64,000 nt of DNA, taken from the IMG/VR virus record IMGVR_UViG_3300027863_000020, positions 1-64,000 of that record. One strand, 5' to 3'. The notes under the pieces were generated by a model. It made no database searches, was not told where the DNA came from, and worked only from the letters and a program-made list of their open reading frames with translations. The translations under genes were made by a program, and so were the position numbers. The stretch comes from a virus. This document shows, piece by piece, positions 18,988 to 27,639 of this stretch (position 1 is the stretch's first letter; each line of letters begins with the position of its first letter).

Positions 18988-19743
18988 TTACTTGATGCCT
19001 TCGGGGATGTCGGACAGATACTTTCCCCCGATCCTCTGCAAGAACTCAATCGTGTTCTTGCCCCGCTTGTTCTCCAATGGGGAGCGCAAGAGCTTGATAC
19101 CGATTCGAGCCATGTTGGTCTTGAACTCATTGAGGGCATCACCTTCAAGGACTTCGGAGTTGTCCACTACGAAGAACTTTCCCGCACCAAAGTAGTTCTG
19201 GAACTTACCCAAGTTGGCTTGGACTTGATGCCATCCGTCTTCTACGATATGGTCTGGAACCGTCCTTGCCCTCTTCTTGTTCCGTGCTTTCGCAACATCC
19301 AGTGTGGTATTGACGAACACCATTCCAACATCGTATCCGATCTTCTTCAGCTTTTCGGCCTGATCTCGGATGTCATCGAAATCCTTGCCCGTTCCGTCAA
19401 TCACAATCGGGAGCATTCCATTGACATAGTTGTCTTGACGGACATTGACCGACTTCTTGGCTTCCTTGCGGACTGCCATTTGCTTTGCGTAGAGTTCTTC
19501 GTCCTTCGGATCGAATTTCATGGGAAGGTTGTTCTTCGTAAGCAAGAATTCCAGAAGGTCATCGGAATTGACCACCTTGGCTTCCATTCCATCGAAGATC
19601 GAAGAATTCACATACCCCTTGCCCGAACCCGGGCCTCCCGCCATGAAGACCGCTTTGAACAAAGATTTGTCGTTGATGCTTTCCTCAAGCAAGTCTTCGC
19701 CCAAGAGATATGCGGTCTGTTCTTCCAAAAGATTTCGTCCCAT
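18988..19743 (-). CDS. zeta-toxin-like P-loop kinase
   Basis: FKAVFMAGGPGSGKG, NSDD, VIDGTG, FVNTTLDVAKARNKKRARTVP, VVDNS; late motif CATAAATA upstream; start uncertain (19743 or 19794). Confidence 0.75.
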   Translation of the reverse strand: MGRNLLEEQTAYLLGEDLLEESINDKSLFKAVFMAGGPGSGKGYVNSSIFDGMEAKVVNSDDLLEFLLTKNNLPMKFDPKDEELYAKQMAVRKEAKKSVNVRQDNYVNGMLPIVIDGTGKDFDDIRDQAEKLKKIGYDVGMVFVNTTLDVAKARNKKRARTVPDHIVEDGWHQVQANLGKFQNYFGAGKFFVVDNSEVLEGDALNEFKTNMARIGIKLLRSPLENKRGKNTIEFLQRIGGKYLSDIPEGIK

Positions 19744-19793
19744 CGTTTGCTCGTTGTGTGTTAGCCCCCGAAACCTTCGAGAGTCCTTTTCCA

Positions 19794-19801
19794 TATTTAT
19801 G
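19794..19801 (-). promoter_or_regulatory. late promoter (CATAAATA) for kinase gene
   Basis: GCATAAATA on minus strand. Confidence 0.65.
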
Positions 19802-19805
19802 CGAA

Positions 19806-19849
19806 CCGCCCGACCGACACCCCGACACCCCGACCGCACCGCCCCGACT
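19806..19849. repeat. CCGAC short-repeat cluster (G-rich on minus strand)
   Basis: Five CCGAC copies at 19810, 19814, 19822, 19830, 19844. Confidence 0.6.
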
Positions 19850-20043
19850 CATTCTCTTCCACTCAATTTGTTCTTGAGGTCTTCGATTAGACCATCAATA
19901 GTCCATTAAACCCATTTCCAGACGATTCTAGGCATCTTCTCTGGATAGTTCGATAGATTGGTCATCTTATCGGACGATAGGCTTAAATCGCATAATACGG
20001 GTTTTCTGATTTGTAAAAATTCGTTTACATTCAAAAACTACCC

Positions 20044-20191
20044 TTGACAAGCGTTCGGACTGCTTCCATATTTGGATTTATCTCGTAAATCCTATTCCTC
20101 CCTTCGGTCGTCATACGGATTTACTTATAAATCCAAATATGATATAAAATTAGATATATATTTATATTATATATATTATATTAAAATAATA
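20044..20191 (+). other. candidate replication origin: promoter, long inverted repeat and AT-rich unwinding element
   Basis: TTGACA-N17-CATATT (20044-20072); inverted repeats 20067-20080/20128-20141 and 20085-20092/20117-20124; about 50 nt with a single G (20142-20191); lies at the strand switch. Confidence 0.45.
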
Positions 20192-20250
20192 CCGCAACAT
20201 CCGTGCCAATTCGTTTAGATTTAGATTCTTTAGTTTCGATTGATTCCGAA

Positions 20251-20279
20251 TTGACAAATTTACGACCAGAACCCATATT
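20251..20279 (+). promoter_or_regulatory. early/middle promoter for uvsY (probably leaderless mRNA)
   Basis: TTGACA-N17-CATATT, ATG 6 nt downstream. Confidence 0.8.
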
Positions 20280-20285
20280 GAGCGC

Positions 20286-20741
20286 ATGGAACAAGATCAA
20301 CCCGAAGAACAGACCCCCGAAACTCTCTCGAATGGCCCGGAAGAGGTTTTCCCCGAATTCACGAACCATGAAGAGGTCAATTCCACCCTCTTGTCGATGC
20401 CCCGATTGATCGGATTGACGGTCGATAAGATGCTCTTTGCCCGAAGAGAGGCCAATATCGCATCCCGAAAGCTACGGGAACGGGAAGCGAAGCTCTATCA
20501 GGACTACAAAACGGGGAAGGACAGACGATGGACGAAAGAGGAAATCCTGATCCTGTATCCATCCGATACCGTTTGGCTCGAACTGAAGCGGGAACTGGAT
20601 TTGGCAACCGCCAAGGCCGAATACTATGAAAACCGCCTCAAAATGCTGAAAGAGACTGGTTGGCTACTCCGAACCTATGTGGATCATCAATTGTACCTAT
20701 CGGGCGAAGGGAAGAATCCAAGGTTCGTCAATCGGGGATAA
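20286..20741 (+). CDS. uvsY: recombination mediator UvsY
   Basis: Helical 151-aa protein ...KLYQDYKTG...TKEEI...D...LKMLKETGWLLRTYVDHQLYLSG, UvsY-like C-terminus; upstream of uvsW. Confidence 0.7.
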   Translation: MEQDQPEEQTPETLSNGPEEVFPEFTNHEEVNSTLLSMPRLIGLTVDKMLFARREANIASRKLREREAKLYQDYKTGKDRRWTKEEILILYPSDTVWLELKRELDLATAKAEYYENRLKMLKETGWLLRTYVDHQLYLSGEGKNPRFVNRG

Positions 20742-20768
20742 TCCCTTAAATTTTGAAAATTTGCGGGA

Positions 20769-20849
20769 AGACCGTGAAGCAATAATTTCACCATGAAATT
20801 ATTTGTCTCAAAATATGCCCAAATTGAGACAGAACTGCGATAACGGTCT
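20769..20849. other. small three-way-junction structured element
   Basis: Closing stem AGACCGT/ACGGTCT encloses hairpins AATAATTTCA/TGAAATTATT and TGTCTCAA/TTGAGACA. Confidence 0.5.
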
Positions 20850-20875
20850 ATCCGTGATACGCAACGGTCACTCTC

Positions 20876-20904
20876 TTGACATTTATCTTCGCAGAATCCA
20901 TATT
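20876..20904 (+). promoter_or_regulatory. early/middle promoter driving the large ncRNA
   Basis: TTGACA-N17-CATATT with no credible CDS for about 800 nt downstream. Confidence 0.8.
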
Positions 20905-20910
20905 TTAAGC

Positions 20911-21710
20911 ACGGACTACAACGGGGAAACCCTGTGTAGGGCGGGTTAAGAGGTGTCTAGCGTTTCCCGCTATTCACCCGCTTGCACAAAGACCAATCCA
21001 TTCGCAAGGGTGGCTTGGAGGTACGACTGAAACGCATACCTGTCTCAACGAATAGGCGAGAAGCCGTGATCGAGAGGTCATATGAGAAGCCACAGAACGG
21101 TGGGGTTCCGTACACGGGAAGGCGGTTTTATCAGTGCAAGTGCCTTGGAGTTATAGGTCGCCAAGGAAGTGATGCGAAAGATCAAGGGGTGATGCCAATG
21201 TAGTGTACCGAATCGTGAAAGGCGAATCGGATGACAGGATTGGAGAGCTTCCCCCAAGTGTCAATCGGGCTTACTCCCGCAAGGGTTCGGTAGGATTGAT
21301 GCGAACAAGGATACGAAGTCAAATGGCTATGGGTGAAAGTCCAAGCAAGGTTGCTAAAATACGGTGGCGTAAAACGAAAGTGCTCCGATACACCTAGAAA
21401 TAGGCCCGGGTACTATGAAGGGTATGATACACATGAACCATACCGTTCCATAGCGGTGAGCGTTGAGAACCTAACGAGAGACCATTTGACGGACAACATC
21501 ACGGGGATTGGTCAAAGTCGATATGGTGTCGATGAAGGCCATTCGAGAGAGGAAAGTCTGGGAACCATTGAGAGTGCATAGCGCATAGGCGGGTCTGCAT
21601 GGGGATGGTGAAAGGAATGACCGATTGAGAGTGGAAATAACTGGCTCCCACCACGACAACAAAGAAGAGAATTTTTGAAGCGACATTGTGTTGCCTTGGG
21701 TTCCCATTGT
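20911..21710 (+). ncRNA. large (~800 nt) ornate structured ncRNA, GOLLD/ROOL-size class, family unassigned
   Basis: Own promoter; many GNRA-capped hairpins; long-range helices 20981-87/21134-40, 21318-26/21482-90, 21559-66/21699-706; no credible ORF. Confidence 0.75.
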
Positions 21711-21723
21711 CCTAAATAGGAGT

Positions 21724-22059
21724 ATGGCTAAACGAAACATTGACCGAATCCGCAATGCAAGAAAACAGATTGCATCATCCAGTGCCAAGGTGTCTCCACC
21801 AAGGCGGTATTTTTTGTTTTCAGCGATTGCTACCTACAAGAGCGATCCGTCAAAGCAAGTGTGTCAATTCATTGCATTCGAGCACAACGGGTTCCCATCG
21901 TACAGGGAAGTCCGTGGGTATTTCCATTCCCATCTTGCCAAGGTTTCTTTGGAAAGGGCAATGGAAGAGATTGATAAGAAGATGAAGAGTCTGATTGTCA
22001 ATTCGTTCTCTGAATTCAAGAGTTGTCAGGACTTCCTTGACTTCATCAAGGCTAGGTAG
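21724..22059 (+). CDS. hypothetical protein
   Basis: MAKRNIDR... after AGGAG RBS. Confidence 0.6.
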   Translation: MAKRNIDRIRNARKQIASSSAKVSPPRRYFLFSAIATYKSDPSKQVCQFIAFEHNGFPSYREVRGYFHSHLAKVSLERAMEEIDKKMKSLIVNSFSEFKSCQDFLDFIKAR

Positions 22060-22064
22060 TCTGG

Positions 22065-23590
22065 TGCGTATTCGTGACATCGAATTAGCGAAGCGGGATG
22101 AGGATTGTATCATCTTCAAGATGGTCGATTCCGTTTTTGTCAATGTGATAGCCGAAGAAGGACTCTATCGGTGGTTGAGCGAACAGTTCAAATTCAGGCA
22201 TCCCAATTGGAAGGCGATGCAAAAGAAGATGCCGGGTTGGCAGGGATTTGTCAGGTTCCTCAAGCAAGACGGGTTGTTCCCAATAGGGCTTATTCAGAGG
22301 GCGTGTGAGTGCATTGACAATGCAGGGTACAATTGGTACTTCGAGCCTGTAAAGGGCGTGTTATACGACAGTGCGGTGACTCCCGAACGAGTCGAAACGA
22401 TGGCTTCCAGAATCCTTGATAACTCTGGAATGGAACTCCGTGATTATCAGTTGGAAGCATTGACGGCTATCTTCACCAACAAGAGATGCGTCATTGAAAG
22501 CGGTGTCGGGTCTGGAAAGTCGTTGGTGATCTATCTGGTTGTCCGTGCTATGCTCATGCAGGGAATACGAACATTGATCGTGGTTCCCAACACTGGACTT
22601 GTCAATCAGTTGTTCTCCAACTTCGTGGATGATTATGACTGGACGGATTGTGGTGATTACTGCAATGTTGTTTACAGCGGGGTTCGCTATGATGCAGAAG
22701 CTCCGATCCTCATATCCACTTGGCAGAGCTTGGTCAATAAGGACGGGCGGTTCTTCAAGGACTTCGGATGTGTCATAATTGACGAAGCGCATGGAGCAAA
22801 GGCAGAGTCGTTGATAAGCGTTTCCGAAATGTGCGTCAATGCCAATTACCGAATCGGAACCACGGGAACTCTCCCCGATGAGCCACTGGACTTGATGCGT
22901 ATTGAAGGACATCTTGGTCGAGTGGTGTTCAATCTATCAGCGGGTGAACTTGTCAAGCGTGGGGTATTGTCGAAGTTCAAGATCAATTCGTTGTTGATCC
23001 ACAACGAGCATAATCCATTCGAGACATACGAAGAAGAAATGAACTATGTCGAGACATTGGCTTGGCGCAATGCAGTAGCCCTCAATGTGATCCGAAAGAA
23101 GACACAACCGACCGACAATGTTGTCTTGCTCTTCAAGAAGCGAGAGCACCTTGAGACCATGCTTGAATCGTGTAAGAACGAGTTTCCCGACAGGATTGTC
23201 TATGCGATTCATGGAGACATTGCCCCGCTTGAGCGAGAGCGCATCCGTCAAGAGATGATTGCCAAGGGAGGCCATGTCCTTTGCGCCACTTATCAAACCA
23301 TGTCAGAAGGCATCAATATCCCACGGCTCGACCATATCATATTCTGTTCCCCGTACCGTGCCAAGATCAAGGTTATGCAGTCGCTAGGCCGTGTTTTGAG
23401 AAAGCACATGGACAAGGCGATGGCATACCTATGGGATATGGTAGATGTCTTTGCGGGAGCCAAGAACGACTCATTCACTTGGAAACACTACAAGAAGCGA
23501 TTGCAGTATTACAAGGACAACGAGTTCGAGGTAGAGGAATTCAATGTCGGGCTTCCACCTCAATCGGTCAAGAACAAGTTTGTTCGATAA
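22065..23590 (+). CDS. uvsW: UvsW SF2 DNA/RNA helicase
   Basis: LRDYQ, GVGSGKSL, ISTWQS, IDEAH, GTTGT, SEGINIP, QSLGRVLR; start approximate. Confidence 0.92.
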
Positions 23591-23619
23591 TTGACAGGAT
23601 TTGGGTAGGAATCCATATT
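23591..23619 (+). promoter_or_regulatory. early/middle promoter for the QueC-TAGT cassette
   Basis: TTGACA-N17-CATATT. Confidence 0.8.
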
Positions 23620-23645
23620 TTCAGAATACGATAAATTGAGGAAGT

Positions 23646-24338
23646 ATGACCAAGCATTTCGTAGCATGGAGCGGTGGACTTGACTCTACCCTAGTTCTGA
23701 AGACCCTTTTGGATGAAGGTATCGAACCGAAACTTTTGTCATTCATCGTTCCCGAATTCGGTCAGGAAAAAGTAAATCGGGAACGGGTTGCTAGACAGCG
23801 AATCCTAGACCATTTCAAAAAGGATTTGAGCGTATCCGAAATCAGCTTGTCCCTTCCTTTTGGTTATCAATCAAGGGGAGAAGGAACGAGCGTGATCCAA
23901 CAACCTCTCATGCTCTCCCATAGCGCATTCGTGGTTCCCAATGATTCGATCATCCACTTCGGATACCATGTCGGTGACTCATACTTTTCATTCGAGCCAT
24001 TGATTTCCAAAGCAGTCGAGTCGATCCTATTATGCCTTGGCGATAAGAAGATTCGCTATTCGTTCCCCCTTCGGTTCTTGAGCAAGCCAATAATCGTAGA
24101 ACGAATGGACAATGCGGGATTGACCAATCTATGCCATTGGTGCGAGAAACCTTCGTACCACACAACCGAATGCGAGTGTATTCCGTGTTATACCATGAAA
24201 GAATCGAGACTTCTTCTGGATCAAAGAAGACGGGATCATATGGTTGATATTGGAAAGATCATATTCGATTTTCCATTGCATGAATCAATCAATGAAGAAC
24301 GCAAATGGACGGAAGTTGCGAAGGTCGGCAATGTCTAA
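23646..24338 (+). CDS. QueC-like PP-loop ATP pyrophosphatase
   Basis: N-terminal WSGGLDST PP-loop, FPL..LSK, C-terminal Zn motif WCEKP...CECIPC. Confidence 0.75.
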   Translation: MTKHFVAWSGGLDSTLVLKTLLDEGIEPKLLSFIVPEFGQEKVNRERVARQRILDHFKKDLSVSEISLSLPFGYQSRGEGTSVIQQPLMLSHSAFVVPNDSIIHFGYHVGDSYFSFEPLISKAVESILLCLGDKKIRYSFPLRFLSKPIIVERMDNAGLTNLCHWCEKPSYHTTECECIPCYTMKESRLLLDQRRRDHMVDIGKIIFDFPLHESINEERKWTEVAKVGNV

Positions 24339-24594
24339 AAAGTTCATCGTAGAAGACCCCAATCCAGATACTTCCGATTGGAAGAACGAATGGAAGGGTA
24401 TGCCCGAATTCGTACAGGATGATCTTCGTCCATTCAGGGCTATCAATGTTCGTTTCCGAAATGAAGCCGATGTTGAAGACTTTATGAAACTGATTGGACA
24501 AACGATTACCCCGAATCAGAAAGCATTGTGGTTCCCGCATATGGAGAACCGAAAGACATCCCATTTGATTTATGTGGATGACAATGAATCCTAG
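24331..24594 (+). CDS. small glycosyltransferase-associated protein (copy 1)
   Basis: MSKKFIVED...WKNEWKGMPEF...VRFRNEADVEDF..LIGQ.IT...WFP; paralog of 25667-25924. Confidence 0.7.
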   Translation: MSKKFIVEDPNPDTSDWKNEWKGMPEFVQDDLRPFRAINVRFRNEADVEDFMKLIGQTITPNQKALWFPHMENRKTSHLIYVDDNES

Positions 24595-25459
24595 TTATCC
24601 AATTTACATCGTCTCCAAAGGGAGATGGGATACTAGATTGACTAGCAAGGCATTGGAGAGAATGCGAGTCCCCTATTACATCGTGGTAGAGGAATCCGAA
24701 TATGATTTGTATTCCAGTGTGATCGACCCATCAAAAGTGTTAATTCTTCCGAAACATTATTTGGAAGAATATGATACCTTCGATGACCTTGGGGATAGCA
24801 AGGGAAAAGGCCCGGGTTCTGCTAGAAACTTCTGTATGGATCATTCGAGGTCGAATGGCTTTGCCCGTCATTGGGTAATGGATGATAACATCCCACGGTT
24901 CCATAGGTTGAATAGAAACCTCATGGTCGTTGTGAACAGCGGAACCATATTCAAGGTCATGGAAGACTTTGTGGATCGGTATGAGAATATCCGAATAGCG
25001 GGTCTCAATTATGATTTCTTTGCAAAGGCCAAAGAACCATTGCCCCCATATGTTTTGAACACCCGAATCTACTCATGCTTGTTGATCGACAATTCGATCA
25101 AGTATAGGTGGCGAGGTAGGTATAACGAGGATACCGATTTGAGCTTGCGGGTGTTGAAGGATGGTGACTGTACCATTCAGTTCAATGCGTTCCTCCAAGA
25201 GAAAGCAACCACACAGACCGTTAAGGGTGGGAACACCGATATGTTTTATGCGGTGGAAGGAACGAAGCCAAAGAGCGAAATGCTTGTTGCTATGCACCCC
25301 GATGTTTCCAAACTTGTGTGGAAGTTCAATCGGTGGCATCATTCTGTCAATTATGCTCCATTCAAAAAGAACAGATTGATCCGAAAGGAAGGATTGGACA
25401 TCCCCGATGGTGTCAATGAATACGGTATGAAATTGAAATTGAAGAGCGAGGTTCTATGA
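24584..25459 (+). CDS. TAGT/GREB1-like DNA glycosyltransferase (copy 1)
   Basis: YPIYIVSKGR, ARNF, HWVMDDNI, NTRIYSCLLI, WRGRYNEDTDL, GGNT. Confidence 0.8.
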   Translation: MNPSYPIYIVSKGRWDTRLTSKALERMRVPYYIVVEESEYDLYSSVIDPSKVLILPKHYLEEYDTFDDLGDSKGKGPGSARNFCMDHSRSNGFARHWVMDDNIPRFHRLNRNLMVVVNSGTIFKVMEDFVDRYENIRIAGLNYDFFAKAKEPLPPYVLNTRIYSCLLIDNSIKYRWRGRYNEDTDLSLRVLKDGDCTIQFNAFLQEKATTQTVKGGNTDMFYAVEGTKPKSEMLVAMHPDVSKLVWKFNRWHHSVNYAPFKKNRLIRKEGLDIPDGVNEYGMKLKLKSEVL

Positions 25460-25662
25460 ATATCAATCAGATACGAAAATGCCATGAACTATGCGATGCC
25501 CTTGAGAAAGAGGGATTGGAGATGTGTTTTCTCAATGCGATCCGTGGGACTTTGGTGGTGAAGGAGATGGTGTGGAATAAGAGGAATCCCAGACTTACAA
25601 TGTCCCATGCTTTCGGGTCGCTTCCAGAAGACCCTCACTTCATAGCCCTCAACTTCGTGTAA
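25456..25662 (+). CDS. hypothetical protein
   Basis: 68-aa ORF with ATGA overlap, between the two TAGT modules. Confidence 0.5.
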   Translation: MNINQIRKCHELCDALEKEGLEMCFLNAIRGTLVVKEMVWNKRNPRLTMSHAFGSLPEDPHFIALNFV

Positions 25663-25666
25663 TCAT

Positions 25667-25924
25667 ATGGCAAAGAATTTCATAATCGAAGACGCAGACG
25701 CACCAAAGGTCAATTCGTGGAAAGACGAATGGAAGGATATGCCCGAATACTCCAACAAAGAGATCGAGCCATTCAAGAGCGTCATTATGCACTTCAGGAA
25801 CGAAGAAGATTACCAGAAGTTTTGTGAACTGATCGGTCAATCATTGACGGATAAAACAAAGTCGGCATGGTATCCGAAACTGGAAGGACGCACCAATCCA
25901 TTTCTTCGGTATGTCGATGAATAA
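25667..25924 (+). CDS. small glycosyltransferase-associated protein (copy 2)
   Basis: MAKNFIIED...WKDEWKDMPEY...HFRNEEDY..F..LIGQSLT...WYP. Confidence 0.7.
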   Translation: MAKNFIIEDADAPKVNSWKDEWKDMPEYSNKEIEPFKSVIMHFRNEEDYQKFCELIGQSLTDKTKSAWYPKLEGRTNPFLRYVDE

Positions 25925-26885
25925 TCAATATCCGATCTATGTCATTTCCAAAGGTCGTTGGAAAAGAAGGCAGACTTCAAAGACATTGGAACGCATGAAT
26001 GTTCCGTATCGAATCGTGATCGAGCCACAGGAATACGAAGAGTATTCAAAGGTCATTGATCCATCGAAGATATTGGTTCTTCCATTCTCTAACCTTGGGC
26101 AAGGCTCCATCCCCGCACGGAATTGGGTATGGGAACACTCAATATCCGAAGGACACGAACGGCATTGGATATTGGATGATAACATCGAATGGATTTATCG
26201 GTACAACAACAACCAGAAAGTTCGTTGTACTTCGGCAACCCCATTTGCGATCATTGAAGAGTTCGTCAATCGCTATGAGAACCTTCGCATTGCGGGAATG
26301 AATTATGCCAAGTTCTGTCCAGATACAGAGAACCGCCCACCAGTTCGATTCAATACCAGAGTCTATTCGTGTCTTTTGATTGATAACTCAATTCCATTCC
26401 GTTGGAGAGGAAGGTACAACGAGGATACCGACCTTTGCATTCGTGTGATGAAAGAGAAGGGAGTGACCGCACTGTTCAATGCTTTCCTGATTGACAAGCG
26501 CACTACAATGAACCAATCGGGCGGGAATACGGATGAACTTTATCAGGATGATGGACGATTGAAGATGGCTCAATCACTGGTAGAACAGCATCCAGACATT
26601 GCAACGATTACATGGAAGTTCAATCGGTGGCAACACCAAGTCGATTACAGGCCGTTCGAGATGAACCGATTGATTCGTAAAACTGGAAGGATCATTCCAG
26701 AAGGAATCAATAACTATGGTATGCGTTTGATTGACACAAAAGAGTCTGGAAACCATATTTTAGAGAACCCGAATGAACTATGTGACGATACGGATGAAAT
26801 GCAAGACCTGTCAGACCAATCAGACCCGTCAATATGCGGAGAATTGGGTCAGAGTGGTCAAGCAAGGAATGAAGTTGTGGTGTGA
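25917..26885 (+). CDS. TAGT/GREB1-like DNA glycosyltransferase (copy 2)
   Basis: YPIYVISKGR, PARNW, HWILDDNI, NTRVYSCLLI, WRGRYNEDTDL, GGNT. Confidence 0.8.
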   Translation: MNNQYPIYVISKGRWKRRQTSKTLERMNVPYRIVIEPQEYEEYSKVIDPSKILVLPFSNLGQGSIPARNWVWEHSISEGHERHWILDDNIEWIYRYNNNQKVRCTSATPFAIIEEFVNRYENLRIAGMNYAKFCPDTENRPPVRFNTRVYSCLLIDNSIPFRWRGRYNEDTDLCIRVMKEKGVTALFNAFLIDKRTTMNQSGGNTDELYQDDGRLKMAQSLVEQHPDIATITWKFNRWQHQVDYRPFEMNRLIRKTGRIIPEGINNYGMRLIDTKESGNHILENPNELCDDTDEMQDLSDQSDPSICGELGQSGQARNEVVV

Positions 26886-26936
26886 ACCCTGTAAAAGAAC
26901 CAGACATTGTGAATATGTCGAGATCGTAAGGAAAGA

Positions 26937-27443
26937 TTGATGAAGAACCAATGGGAATTCCCCCTTTACCCAATCCCCGATACCCCGAATGTGAATGGTG
27001 TAGTCTATCCAAGAGACATTCTTGAAAGGGCGATTGACAACATCCAACCCGCTATCCAAGCAAACCGCTTCTTTGCCCACCAGTTGCGCCAAGACGGACA
27101 AATTCAAGTGAAGGATATATTGGGTATCAATACAGCAATTGCGGTCGTAAACAGCGTCCAATTGGGAGAAGTCGGAAAGCATGGATTAGTCCGTTTGACC
27201 TTCTTGCCATCCTACGAAGAAACCGTGAAGGACTGCATCCTCATCCTCAAAGACCTCTGCTTTGGGTGTATCACGGCTTCGACCTTGACTGGATTCTTCG
27301 ACCGAAGGGCGTACCCCTCTGGAACCAAGATGGTTGTTGAAGAAATCCAACAAATCTACGGAATCCATCCGATCCGTTTGTCCAACAAAGAACACATTGT
27401 AATCAGTGAGGATCAAATTGTCCAAGAATCAAAGCGTCCGTGA
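26937..27443 (+). CDS. hypothetical protein with gp21 prohead-protease-like N-terminus (apparently inactive)
   Basis: PNVNGVVYPRDILERAID resembles gp21 KNSNGRIY...RAVE; no GEL.HP or SSR catalytic motifs. Confidence 0.45.
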   Translation: MMKNQWEFPLYPIPDTPNVNGVVYPRDILERAIDNIQPAIQANRFFAHQLRQDGQIQVKDILGINTAIAVVNSVQLGEVGKHGLVRLTFLPSYEETVKDCILILKDLCFGCITASTLTGFFDRRAYPSGTKMVVEEIQQIYGIHPIRLSNKEHIVISEDQIVQESKRP

Positions 27444-27639
27444 ATTCAAGGATGTTCAATCTTATGCCGATGGTCTGGCAAAGTTGAAAGACCTGAAGGT
27501 GCGATTGACGAAGGCATCACAGCAGAAGGTGAGTGGAATGGGACTCTCCCCCATCTATTCCGAAATCAAGAAAGAGATTTCCGACCTTGAGGCAATGTGT
27601 TCCCGATTCCGTGCGAAGAACCCGAAGGTATCTCTATGA
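27406..27639 (+). CDS. hypothetical protein
   Basis: 77-aa helical ORF filling the gap before dUTPase. Confidence 0.45.
   Translation: MRIKLSKNQSVREFKDVQSYADGLAKLKDLKVRLTKASQQKVSGMGLSPIYSEIKKEISDLEAMCSRFRAKNPKVSL

Noticed and set aside
21546-21566. GAGGAAAGTCTGG resembles the RNase P conserved motif; GGGTGAAAGTCC resembles a group II intron domain I motif
   Set aside because: I found no RNase P 3' P4 partner and no group II domain V or flanking exons, so neither assignment is supported.
20982-21788. Short ORFs across the large RNA region
   Set aside because: No RBS or motifs, atypical composition; extensive base pairing explains the region better.
23646-24338. Complete 7-deazaguanine DNA modification pathway
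   Set aside because: Only a QueC-like gene is present; folE, queD, queE and dpdA are not seen in the window.
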